A DNA stretch of 63,916 nucleotides, filler included, from Stramenopiles sp. TOSAG23-6 (taxonomy: Eukaryota): the NCBI GenBank assembly GCA_900128565.1. It is 3 parts of 3 records of this genome, joined end to end, with 100 filler letters (N's around TTAATTAATTAA, not from the genome) between each part and the next. Parts side by side here need not be neighbours in the genome. Positions count along the whole stretch, not along the records: positions 21,596 to 42,888 come from LT636029.1; 2 more parts are not named here. One strand, written 5' to 3'. Within the stretch, counting starts at the first letter, position 1. The number at the start of each line of letters is the position of its first letter. The position numbers and the translations under genes were made by a program. Positions 22,081 through 33,300 of this stretch are shown in pieces. The notes below the pieces were generated by a model, which was not told the DNA's origin, ran no database searches, and saw only the letters and a list, made by a program, of their open reading frames with translations.

Positions 22081-23184
22081 ATGACGAGATTACTTGTACC
22101 ATTGATGGTATTTATTACTTATTGCACTACAGGTAGAGCAGTACCTGAAGATCAAATCGAAGCTTTAGAAGCGTTGTATGATGCAACTGATGGAGCCAAT
22201 TGGTGGAATAAACAAAAAAAATGGAAGGATACGGACGATTTTTGCAAATGGTATGGTGTAACTTGTGATAAAGGCGGCTCTGTTGTGAAGTTAGAATTGC
22301 ACCGGAACAATCTATCTGGTTCAATTCCAAGAGAAATTGGTCAGCTAACAAGTCTTGAATATTTGAACTTGCTAGACAACAAACTATCTGGTATTAATGA
22401 AATTGGTCGACTAAAAAAGCTCGAAAGTTTGGTCTTGGGAGACAACAAACTATCTGGCTCAATTCCAAAGGAAATTGGTCGACTAAGAAATCTAAATTTT
22501 TTGCAATTGAATAACAACTCCCTATCTGGTTCAATTCCAACTGAAATTGGTCAACTAACAAAGCTCGAAAGTTTAGTGTTGCAAAGCAACCAACTATCTG
22601 GCTCAATTCCAAAAGAAATAATTGGTCAACTAACAAATCTAATATCTTTGAACTTACAAGACAACGAACTATCTGGTTCAATTCCAAAGGAAATTGGTCA
22701 ACTAACAAAGCTCAAATATTTGTACTTGCACGACAACAAACTATCTGGTGAAATACCAAAAGAAATTGGTCGACTAACAAGTCTTTATAATTTGAGCTTG
22801 TCTGATAACAAACTATCTGGTGCAATTCCAAAGGAAATTGGTCAACTAACAAATCTCGAAAAATTGGACTTGTATAACAACCAACTATCTGGTCCAATGC
22901 CAAAGGAAATTGGTCAACTAAAGAATCTTCGACGTTTATGCTTACAAGCCAACAAACTATCTGGTCCAATACCAAAAGAATTTGGTCAACTAACAAATCT
23001 TAAAGAATTGGGCTTGGAAAACAACAAACTATCTGGTGAAATTCCTGGCACAGTTACCAAAGATGATGCTGTATTCGGCATTTGTACTAAAACAGTTCAT
23101 ACCTGGGTACCCTCAACGACATCAACAGCTACCCCAATATTATTATTGGGTGTATTTGGGTTAGTATTTGTTTCGACGGTATGA
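22081..23184 (+). CDS. Secreted/surface leucine-rich repeat protein (plant-type LRRs)
   Basis: Signal peptide, LRRNT cap (ALEALYDATDG..W...CKWYGVTC), about 11 LxLxxNxLSGxIPxEIGxL repeats, hydrophobic C-terminus. Confidence 0.9.
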   Translation: MTRLLVPLMVFITYCTTGRAVPEDQIEALEALYDATDGANWWNKQKKWKDTDDFCKWYGVTCDKGGSVVKLELHRNNLSGSIPREIGQLTSLEYLNLLDNKLSGINEIGRLKKLESLVLGDNKLSGSIPKEIGRLRNLNFLQLNNNSLSGSIPTEIGQLTKLESLVLQSNQLSGSIPKEIIGQLTNLISLNLQDNELSGSIPKEIGQLTKLKYLYLHDNKLSGEIPKEIGRLTSLYNLSLSDNKLSGAIPKEIGQLTNLEKLDLYNNQLSGPMPKEIGQLKNLRRLCLQANKLSGPIPKEFGQLTNLKELGLENNKLSGEIPGTVTKDDAVFGICTKTVHTWVPSTTSTATPILLLGVFGLVFVSTV

Positions 23185-23426
23185 CTTTCAGAAAATTATT
23201 TATTGCATTTCTAAAATTGATATTTTCTCTGTGAATTTATTAATTTAACAACAATGCATTCGGAGATTGAAGTAAATTTTTACTTATTTATACCACAAGA
23301 ACTATCCAAATTGAACTTTGTAATTAAAAAGTCTTTATTCGTTTATTCAGTAAAAATGTGTTGCAATGATTATTGCAAGTGTAGTATGAGTAATTCGAAA
23401 TTTGTTTTTATAATTTTTTTTTTAAA

Positions 23427-24287
23427 TTACTTCACTTCCAGGGAAAACACTGCACAATCAAGCATATAAAATGCCTCGTTACTAACCCCACTACCTCCAG
23501 GATTTTCGCACAAATATGGAACTCTACCAATGGATTGAATACTGAATAATTCATCAGAGAGAAAATCTCTACAGAATCTATTTACAAAACCTTCAAAAGT
23601 TTCATCACTTGGAGATTTTTCAGATAATAAATTTTCTTCTGGAATTTTCGTTTTACCCGGGGCTACCTCTACAAATGGGTTAGAAGGATAAACTAATGCC
23701 ACCAAAAGTCTACCACTCGGTTTCACTAAATGAGCAGCTTGTTGAAGTAATGTTTTAGGTCGAGGACATCGATCTAGAACGTTTAAACATGAGACAAGAT
23801 CAAAAGACTTCGTTTTTGAAGGACAAATTTTCTCTAGTTCATAATCCAATACCTCAAAGCCCCGCATGCGCAAACGCAAAGAACAAATTTTAGAAATATC
23901 AGTAGCTGCTACACCCCTATTGAATATTGTAGTAGAAGAAAGTAGTGAAGATATTTCTGCTGTTGTGGAACCACTACCAGCTCCTATATCTAAATATGTC
24001 TGAATACTACCTAACGACAAGAGAGTTTTTGCAGCATCGGCATCAAGAACAAACATTTCATGAGTTCCTAATAGAGCCGCCGCATCTGTGTTTGTTAATA
24101 AGCGACATGTTGTTAAAATCCGATAAAGACAACCTGCTAGTTTTGAACGACCCCAAAATCTTCGACGTTCGACGAAGTTTTTCGTACCGTTTCCAGGACT
24201 CAAAGTCTTAAATTTTCCACGTAAATGCGGGTCAAGTCGTGAGAGCTGAATAGAGTATAACGACTTTGGAAGCCACCGTAAAGCCAT
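23427..24287 (-). CDS. METTL9: DREV/METTL9-like methyltransferase
   Basis: MFVL, LDIGAGSG, FDLVSCLNVLDRC.RP, VPYLCE motifs. Confidence 0.8.
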   Translation of the reverse strand: MALRWLPKSLYSIQLSRLDPHLRGKFKTLSPGNGTKNFVERRRFWGRSKLAGCLYRILTTCRLLTNTDAAALLGTHEMFVLDADAAKTLLSLGSIQTYLDIGAGSGSTTAEISSLLSSTTIFNRGVAATDISKICSLRLRMRGFEVLDYELEKICPSKTKSFDLVSCLNVLDRCPRPKTLLQQAAHLVKPSGRLLVALVYPSNPFVEVAPGKTKIPEENLLSEKSPSDETFEGFVNRFCRDFLSDELFSIQSIGRVPYLCENPGGSGVSNEAFYMLDCAVFSLEVK

Positions 24288-24561
24288 AGAATACAATCAT
24301 ATAGTTTTGCAGAATTTTAATGTACCAACCGCAGTGTGTAGACAGACACTAACGGGTAGGTAGCTCTCTGAGTCTGACCCGATTTTTGAGATACGTGACA
24401 CGTGGTACCAGTAAATACCTTTAAATTCGAAATTCAGACTAAGGGCTAGGGCTAGAGCAAGCGCAAGTTCAAAATCATCTTCCAAGAATATTATTTATGA
24501 CATCACTTGATCCTTTTCAATTCATTATTTCACAACAAATCAAAAGTAAAAACACTACAAC

Positions 24562-25386
24562 ATGTCAAACTTTTCGTTCACTACGCTATTTGGAGATAAA
24601 CTGATCGGTAAGGACGGAGAAGTCAACACGGAGGATGTAACAACTGGCAAAGTTGTCGGCGTGTATTTCAGTGCGCACTGGTGCCCACCTTGTCGTGGTT
24701 TTACTCCGGTCCTTGGCGAAAAATATTCGAAATTAAAGGCAGCTGGCAAAGAAGTTGAAATTGTGTTTGCGTCGAGTGATCAAGATGAAAAGACATTCAA
24801 ATCATATCATGACACAATGCCATTTCTCGCCTTGCCTTTTGGTAAACGTGATCTCAAGAATAAACTTTCTAAAAAGTTTTCTGTTTCGGGCATTCCAACC
24901 TTGGTTTTCTTGGATGCAGATGGGAAAACAATAACAACTGAAGGTAGAGGAAATATATCTTCGGATTCGTTCATTGATGACTTTCCATATCACCCTAAAC
25001 CTCTAAATGATATCAAGGATTGTGTATCAGGGTTGAATGATAAACGAAGCCTGGTTGTAATCATGGATAAGGCAAGTGAAAGCGTGCAGAAAAAGATCTC
25101 TGAAGCTTTGTTGACAGTTGCCACATCTGAGTTGGAAGTTGATGAAAATGAGAGGAAGTCAGCACAATACTTTTTTACCGCAAAAGGTGGTGGTTGCTTA
25201 CCACAATTACGATCTCGTACAGGCTTGCCTGAACAAGAGAATCCAATTATGATTCTCCTTGATCTCGACGATGATGGTAGTTTTTATACATTTGAGGGTG
25301 AAGGTGGAGTAAACCTTGAGACAATAAAGGCTTTCATGAATGATTTCAAAGAGAAGAAATTGAAGAAACAACAATTCAAAAGATAA
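24562..25386 (+). CDS. Nucleoredoxin/tryparedoxin-like thioredoxin
   Basis: YFSAHWCPPCRGFTP, EIVFASSD, GIPTLV. Confidence 0.9.
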   Translation: MSNFSFTTLFGDKLIGKDGEVNTEDVTTGKVVGVYFSAHWCPPCRGFTPVLGEKYSKLKAAGKEVEIVFASSDQDEKTFKSYHDTMPFLALPFGKRDLKNKLSKKFSVSGIPTLVFLDADGKTITTEGRGNISSDSFIDDFPYHPKPLNDIKDCVSGLNDKRSLVVIMDKASESVQKKISEALLTVATSELEVDENERKSAQYFFTAKGGGCLPQLRSRTGLPEQENPIMILLDLDDDGSFYTFEGEGGVNLETIKAFMNDFKEKKLKKQQFKR

Positions 25387-25645
25387 TTATATTTTATATT
25401 TGATTGATTGTATGTAGAATACTAGAGAACTGGTGTATTGCTCTGATTTCTTATGTTAAAANAAGCGGTAATAAAAAGATATAATTATTATTAGAATTAA
25501 TTTGTTTTGACGTTTTCAACTCTTCACGTTTTATAGTACAATCATAGTAGACAAAATAACTATATACAAAAACAAGCCTCAAATATGGAATAATTATTAC
25601 ACACCCTACAATATATATATATTTACTATCAAATTCTGTACCAAA

Positions 25646-25715
25646 CAGAAAATATTACCAATTATTAAGGTCAGTATCGACAGAAAATATTACCAATTAT
25701 TAAGGTCAGTATCGA
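25646..25715. repeat. 35-bp tandem duplication spanning the queH stop codon
   Basis: cagaaaatattaccaattattaaggtcagtatcga x2. Confidence 0.85.
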
Positions 25716-26959
25716 CCACATGTTTTTTTCTACGTGAATACAATTTCTTCAACCGGTCATCATCAAATTGTCTTTTTGCATCTCGAAAGAAATGATCTAC
25801 GACTTCTTGACTCTCTTCTGCTGCATCCTTTTGAGGATCCTCAAAATAACGTGTACCAAGTCCAGCCGTTTCACCACCAATTTTTACTGGAGGAATTCCC
25901 TGCGATTTTCTCCAGAGATTTGAATCGCGAAGAGAATACGAACATCCACAAGTATTGTAAAAAAATATTTCAAAAAATTGTAACTTGTTAGGTACTTACG
26001 TCCTGTACCTAGGAAATTTTCTATCAAAAAAACAGAAGATAAAATTAAAATTTGAAATTAAAGTGGATAACATACAATACTCTTGCTTATAAAAACTTTG
26101 TTTTGCCGAAATTTCGTATTTTCGGAGAGTCATTTATTTCGTGTCAATATGTCAAAAAAAAAAAATCTGTTAGGTACAAAATTTCGTATTAAAAAAAAAA
26201 AAATGTATGAAAAAAAAACATACATTTCATCTGTTTGCTAATTGTAGATCCAATACTGAATGTTTGGATATCGTGCAGCTGCACGAAGACCACTATCATT
26301 TACTTGGCGCACATCTTTCCAACGAGATGTTGCGTTTGTTGTAGTAAAACACGGAAAATCATGTATTGTGAGAAGAAAAAAAAACAATTGTTAGGTACGA
26401 AATTTTCTATGAAAAAAAAATATTTGAAATCATCATGAAAACATACATGAGCTTTGGCATATGCTGCTGTGACCTCCATTCTCATATCAAAGCAAGCAGT
26501 ACAACGAACCCCTCGCTCAGGATCATATTCTAACCCTTTCATTCGTTTAAACCAGGATTTGGCATCATAGTCTGCGTCCACAAAATCCACACCGTGCTGC
26601 TTCGCATATCGTTTGTTTTCCTCTTTTCGAATTTCATATTCTTTTCTCGGATGGATATTTGGATTATAAAAGAAGATTGTAACATCAAGACCCTTTTCTA
26701 ACATTTCTTCAAACATTGCACCAGAACAAGGTGCACAACATGAATGTAAAAGTACCCTTTTCGCGCCATTTGGTGGCATTGCATTCATCTGTGGAGTACA
26801 ATCAATAGAGTATGGTGCGGATTCTGCTGGGTTATTTCGACAGCCCTTGTGACTGCAACTGGGAGCAGCAGACGCTCCATTATCGTAGCACAGAGCAATT
26901 GGGGCGCGTGCCAAGTGCCTATCAGATGGCATGTCGGCTGCAACATGTTTCAGATCCAT
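25690..26959 (-). CDS. queH: Epoxyqueuosine reductase QueH (DUF208), 4 exons, one in-frame TAG
   Basis: [29 protein letters not shown], and after splicing FYKQEYCGC; TAG at 26238-26240. Confidence 0.85.
25950..26075 (-). other. Non-canonical intron GT-TT (126 nt)
   Basis: tt|gtatgt...gtacctaac...acaatactt|g; restores QEYCGC. Confidence 0.85.
26132..26223 (-). other. Non-canonical intron GT-AT (92 nt)
   Basis: at|gtatgt...gtacctaac...cacgaaataaat|g. Confidence 0.8.
26361..26446 (-). other. Non-canonical intron GT-AT (86 nt)
   Basis: cat|gtatgt...gtacctaac...cacaatacat|g. Confidence 0.85.
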
Positions 26960-27192
26960 TCAGTGATTGATATTCATTGTTGCGAAAAAAAAACTACCTA
27001 TATAATCTACTAGACTATACGAAAGATTAGTATAATCGCAAAATCGCGCGTGATTGATAAGTATTTTTTTTTGCAGCAGCTGACTCGATGTTTTATGATG
27101 CTGTCATAAAATGCTACTCTACGCACACGCCCGTTCGAGTTAGCACCCACAGTGGAACACACAGTTAGTTCATAATTCTATTACTGACTAAA

Positions 27193-28383
27193 ATGTCTGG
27201 AGGCGCTACATTCACACCTCGCATATACCCGCGACCAACTCCTCTTTCTTCTTTTAAGGTCTACTCGAGGGCAACGTTGAGACATATTCGCGGTCCTTTA
27301 TTAGCTGTTGGCGTGACGTTTGCAACTAGGCCTTTATACAATCAACTTTCTAACTGTTTTCATTCGGATCGTTTGTTTTTTTCATTTTCAACCACGCTAG
27401 TCCATTTTTTTGTCTACTTGACGGTCAATACTTTTTTCTATTTGTTAGACCGCAATTGTTGGTTACTGCATTACAAGTTAGATCGCAAGAGGGCTCAGTT
27501 ACCCTCAACAGCCTTGATGAGAAGTACCTTAATTGAGGCTATAGTAAGTCAACTAGTCCTTGGACCACTACTTTTATATTGTATATTCCCTGTATTCAAA
27601 TATTTTGGACAACCTGGAAGAGATCAACCTCTTCCAAGCATTATGGAACTAATGCGAATGTATGTTCTCTGTGTATTTTCCAATGACTGGGGTTTTTACT
27701 GGAGTCATAGAACTTTCCACTGTAAAGCTATTTATAAGTTTTTTCATAAAACGCACCATAAGTATCTTGGTACTGTAAGTTTTGCCGCTGAATATGCACA
27801 TCCATTGGAACAATTGTTTGCAAATCATTTACCTACTGCAATGGCTTGTTTGTGTTTTGGGTTTCCAATTCATGTACGTTTTCATCAATCATTTCAAATT
27901 TGTTTTTTTTCGTAAAAAAATTCTTGTACAACAAATTTCATGTATCAATTTTGTTTTTCAATTTTATTTTTGGACCAAATTCTGTACCTAACGAATTTCG
28001 AATTGGACACTTCCCTCAAAAATACATGTGTGGTTAGTATGGCTTGCATGGAGGCTTGAAGAAACGTATGAAGCACATTCAGGATATGTATGTTTTATTT
28101 TTTTTTTTACAAAAAATTCGAATTTATTTTTCGTACGAAATTTTGTACCTAACAATTTTTAGTTTTTTTTTTGAAATATTTTTACAAAATACATGCTTTT
28201 CATGGCTCTATATTGCATCGATTAGGTTTGACAAATAGTGAGGCTGCAATTCACCACGACTATCATCACACTGCGAATAGAGGAAACTTTGGAGCTTTGT
28301 ATCTTGATCATTATTTTGGAACTATGGATGGTTTTTTATCTCTTGGAGGAGAAGAAGAATATATCAAGAAAAAGAGTACATAA
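27193..28383 (+). CDS. Sterol desaturase / C-4 methylsterol oxidase (fatty acid hydroxylase family), 3 exons
   Basis: His boxes HRTFH, HKTHH, AAEYAHPLE, EAHSGY, HHDYHH line up after splicing 27874-28027 and 28088-28194. Confidence 0.9.
27874..28027 (+). other. Non-canonical intron GT-AT (154 nt)
   Basis: cat|gtacgt...gtacctaac...caaaaatacat|g. Confidence 0.85.
28088..28194 (+). other. Non-canonical intron GT-AT (107 nt)
   Basis: tat|gtatgt...gtacctaac...caaaatacat|g. Confidence 0.85.
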
Positions 28384-28590
28384 AAAAAATAAAATTGAAA
28401 TGAAATTGACAATTGTACTATTTTTTTTATCAAACACGAAATATCGGTCAGATATTCAGCGAAGAAGTCTTTTTTTTACCTATCTATCTATGGAAATTCT
28501 AAATAGAATCCTATTATACTACGTACTGTCTATACTCTCTCAACTCTTGATCACGTTACGGTACGCCGTAAACCAATCGAATACTCTACA

Positions 28591-30071
28591 ATGTCATGCT
28601 CAAAGACTTCAAAGTTGCTTACTGAAGCCTATCGCAAAGTTGGTGCTTTTATGCCTACAACCTTAAGGCAAGTTCCTTTAGTAAAAACGTGGTCAAGTCA
28701 ACTTTGTTTTGAGTCTCTCAAATCAATCTTGGGTGAAGACAAAACACTTACAATAAAAAGTTCTGAAAATCGAGAGTTTATGTATAGCGAACGCGGCACG
28801 TCTGATAGACTTCTTGATAGTGGTGTTGGTAGCTCTACTGAAATAGTTGACATGCAAGTAGCAGACTTTTTTTCAGCTTTACGAGGTCAAGATGGAGAAA
28901 CTCCGAAGTTCCATTACTTTACTTCAATGCTTGATGACTTGGCTCCAAGGTTAAGTGAGACACACACTCCTGGATGGGAAAATTTTGTAGTTGACCATGA
29001 CCCGTTAATTAAATTGCACCCAATGAGTGCACCATCATACCCAAGTATTTGGATGGGTGGTAATGGGTCAACTACCCAAGCTCACTATGATGTATCAAAC
29101 AATATATTAACTCAAATATTTGGCAAGAAACGATTTCGACTTTGGGGACCTGATGCTCACCTTTCACTTCGAGTATTTCCTGATGCTCATCCTCGAGCAA
29201 GAAAAGCTCAGCGTATTATACCAAATAAATATGATGGGTATAGGAGCAGACGTAACTCTTCTGAAAGGTATGAACTTCCTTTACCGCCACCTGTGTTGGA
29301 TGTTGTACTTGAACCTGGTGACTGCATTCTCATACCCGCATTTTGGTTTCATCATGTAGAAGCTTTAGAAGAATCGATATCTGTCAATATTTTTTCGGAA
29401 AGTAAGATGAAGTTAGCTGCCTTGGAAATATTATCAAAGTCTCTACCTTCTCCTCTGCTTCGATGTGTCGAAGACAAATCAAATATAAATGAAATATCGA
29501 ATGTATTTTCACTGTTAGCTAATGATCTAGCATCTGCCATAACATTAAATAATAAGATATATAAACGGGAGAAATGTAGTTTCTTGGATTGTATGGTACA
29601 TTCTAGATATGATTTTGCGTCGGAAAGATTTGTAATGAATACAATGACTACAAGTAATGTAGTGAATAATCCAAATATAATAGCAAATGTCAAAGAAAAC
29701 ACGAAACAATTTCTGCCTCTATTTAATGATTTAGTAAAATCAGTTGAAAAAATATACACCAGCAATGCTATTGATCCTACAGGATCGAATGAAAATGTTT
29801 TATTAGATGGTAAAATTGTCGATGAAAAGTATCTTTTATTTTTTTTCAATTTTGAATTTATTTTTCGTACGAAATTTTGTACCTAACAAAATTTTTTAGA
29901 TTTTTTTTGAAATATTTTCCAAAATACAAGTATCCTTTAGGATTGAAAGAAATTATATTTGGTCATTTACTAGAGATGTGGGCTGTTCGCTGTAGTCATC
30001 TTTCAAAGAATAAAACGTTTACCACAAGTTCTCTTCTGCAAATGGCTGCTGAAGTAAGTAGAACACCATAA
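28591..30071 (+). CDS. JmjC/cupin-like 2OG oxygenase (start uncertain)
   Basis: IWMG..GSTTQAHYD, GKKRFRLW, LEPGDCILIPAFWFHHVE; intron 29829-29929. Confidence 0.85.
29829..29929 (+). other. Family intron, GT-AA (alternatively GT-AG to 29930 with early stop)
   Basis: aa|gtatct...gtacctaac...ccaaaatacaa|g; the AA end joins to ORF 29877-30071. Confidence 0.65.
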
Positions 30072-30367
30072 CTTTACAAGATATATAAAACCTTTACAAT
30101 TGAGACATATTTTTAATTTAGTTTTGGAATGAATGCTATTTTTATTCTAATATACCGACTCGTTTCTGTTTTGTATTTTTAATTTCGCATTGCCACCATT
30201 TGTATGACGATATACCACATGTTGTATAATCAAAAATTTGAAATTTCATCACGCGTGTCACGAAATCCGTAAAACTTTTGAAAAGAGAAACGTTCATATC
30301 AAGGGCATAAGCCATAAGGTACGTAATCTCGCAAAGTGGTACAAAGTATTACCAGTAAGCTACCAGT

Positions 30368-33300
30368 ATGACATGGAAACTGTCGTTCGCCAATGCTCCG
30401 GAGATTACACCAAAGCGTAAAGAAGATTTGCCTCACTCAATATCGGATGAGTGGTGCGCAAATTGGTTTAGTCGGGTATTTTTCTACTGGGTTACGCCAC
30501 TGGTTCACTTAGGAGCACACAGAGCACTTCGTGATGGTGATTTGGGTGAACTTGCACCAGGTTATCGTGTGTTCCGACGCTTAGACGACTTGAAAAAAAA
30601 TCTTTGTGTGTACGACGCAGATGTTGTTCGCGCTACTTTACAAACATATCGTCGACAAATGCTTTATGGTGGTATTTGTAAACTCTTCGGTGACGCTTTA
30701 CAGTTTGTTACACCTTTAGCACTAAAGATTGTTCTACAATATGCTCAGCAGCACCGTAATGAACCAAATGTTCCAGAAGAAGAATGGTTTGGGCTTCCAA
30801 AGGAGTTTTTTGCCTCAATTGCACTGTTCATTGCACCAGCTTTGACTGGGCTTCTCTATCATTGGTATTATCAATGGGTTATGTACGATATCAAAATTGA
30901 ATTTCAAATTTATTGTTTTGTAGAAAATTTTGTACTCAAACGATTTAAAAAAATATATATTTTTTTCACAACACATGTGGGCTGGACTGTATGTTCGAAC
31001 AAGTTTACAGGCATTAGTATATCGGAAGTTACTGTCTATTCCATATAGCGCAATTGGTAGTACTAATTCAAAACAAAAAAACGATAAGAAAAATTCTGAA
31101 AAAGCAAAAAATAAAGAAACGAAAGAAAAGAACACTGATGATTCTAAAAAGTCTGAAAAAGCAAAACCAAAATCCGTCCTAGCTGGACATATTGCGAATC
31201 TTCAAAGTCAGGACACTGTTGCTGTTGAGGGGGCATTATGGATGATTCATTATTTATGTATGTTTCGTGATGATTTTTCCTATTTTTCTTGGTAGACATT
31301 TTTGTACCCTAACAAAAAAAATCGAATTTTTGAAATATTTTTTCATCATCTATGGGCCGCTCCTCTATCAGTTGTTGTTTGTCTTGTTTTGTTGTATATA
31401 GAACTTGGTCTTGCAATGATTGCAGGAGTTAGTATTTTAGTTATATTAATACCTATTCAAAAAATAATTGCAGGATATATTGCTACTATAGCAAAAACAA
31501 CTTTAAAATGTTCTGATGAGAGACTTGAAACAGTTACTGAATGTTTGTTTTCAATTTCAAAATTTGATTTTTTTTTTCGTACGTAATTTTGTACCTAACG
31601 ATTTTTTTAAACTTTAAAAAAAAATCACAATACATGCATTCGGGGTGTGAGAATAGTTAAAACATTTTGTCTGGAGGAAATAATGCGTAATCGTGTGAAA
31701 AAAGCAAGAAAGAAAGAATTGCGTAGTTTATGGTACGCAGGACTATTAAGAGAGGGCAATGTTGCATTAATGCTTTCAGGTCCTTTACTATGTGCTTTGT
31801 CAAGTTTTGCATTATTTGTTTTGATTTCAGATGACGAGCTCACTGCCTCTAAAGCTTTTGTATCACTTGTATTATTTAACATGTTGAGAATGCCTTTAAT
31901 TCTAATACCAATGTCAGTTGGTATGGTCGTTCGAGGTTATGTGTCTGCAAAACGAATTACTGAATTTCTCCGACTTGATAATATTCAAGGATACATACAA
32001 AAAAATAATCATGGAGTTAATGCAGTTGTTGTAAATAATGCAACATTTTCATTCAGTGAAATGAATGATAAAAAAAGCGATACTCGTATCGATCCAAAAG
32101 CACACACGACGAGGCGTACTAATGACGATGAACAAGAATATTCTCCAGTAGTTGATAATATTGATAGCATGATCGAAATGAACGATGTTAATACTAAAAA
32201 CACTAACCCTAATGAAGGTTTCTATTTGAGAGATGTAAATATAAGTATTCAAAAAGGAAATTTGTGTTTTGTTGTAGGAAAATTTGGGTCAGGTAAGACT
32301 GCATTTCTTCACTCGTTACTTGGAGAAATGCATCTTGTTCATGGTTCCGTTTCTGTTGGTGGAACAACAGCTTTTGTGGGACAAAGTCCCTGGATATATA
32401 ATGCTACTGTAAAAGAAAATATAATTTTTGGGACTCATAAAAGTTTGTCTGATCATTCAATGCAACATCAAGACAATATTGGATTGGATAAAGAGAGATA
32501 CTCTGAATGTTTACAATGCTGTTGTCTACTTCACGATTTAGAAACCCTTCCAAATGGTGATGAAACCGAGATAGGCGAACGAGGTGTAAACATTAGTGGA
32601 GGTCAAAGAGCTAGAGTGGCTCTTGCACGAGCCATATATTCTAATCCGGATGTACTATTTCTTGATGATGTTCTTTCAGCAGTTGATGTTGATGTATGCC
32701 GACACTTAGTTGAAGAATGTATTGTTCCAATGATTAAACAAGGTAAAACTGTAGTAATAGCGACACATTCAATAAATTGGCTTAAGATTGCTGATCAAGT
32801 TATAGTTGTTAATGAGGGTGCAATTGAGTTCAATGGAAGCGCAGCTGATTGTATCAAAAGTAATGCGCTTATCAATATAAAATCTGAAAAAAATGAAATA
32901 TCTGAAACATCTAATACATTTGAAAACGATGATAGTGTACCAAACGAAAAAGTGAGCGTTACAAAAGTCAAACTTGACTCTGAAAAAGTTGAAGAAGAAA
33001 AGTCATCGAAGAGTCAGAAATCTCAAGATGGAAGATTGACCAAAACCGAGACAATGCAAGAAGGCTCAGTGAAGTCTCAAGTACTTCAAAAGTATATATC
33101 GTATGCTGGAGTATTCTTAACAATAGTTGTTTTATCTTCGGTAATTTTGCAGAATGCTTCAGCATTATTCTCAGATTGGGTACTCTCTCGCTGGGCAGAA
33201 GATCGAGGATCTAGATCTCCTACAACTAAAAAACCAGAACATTCTCATAATTATTGGTTGGGGATGTATGCCCTAACTGCCTTGGGTACACTGATATCAA

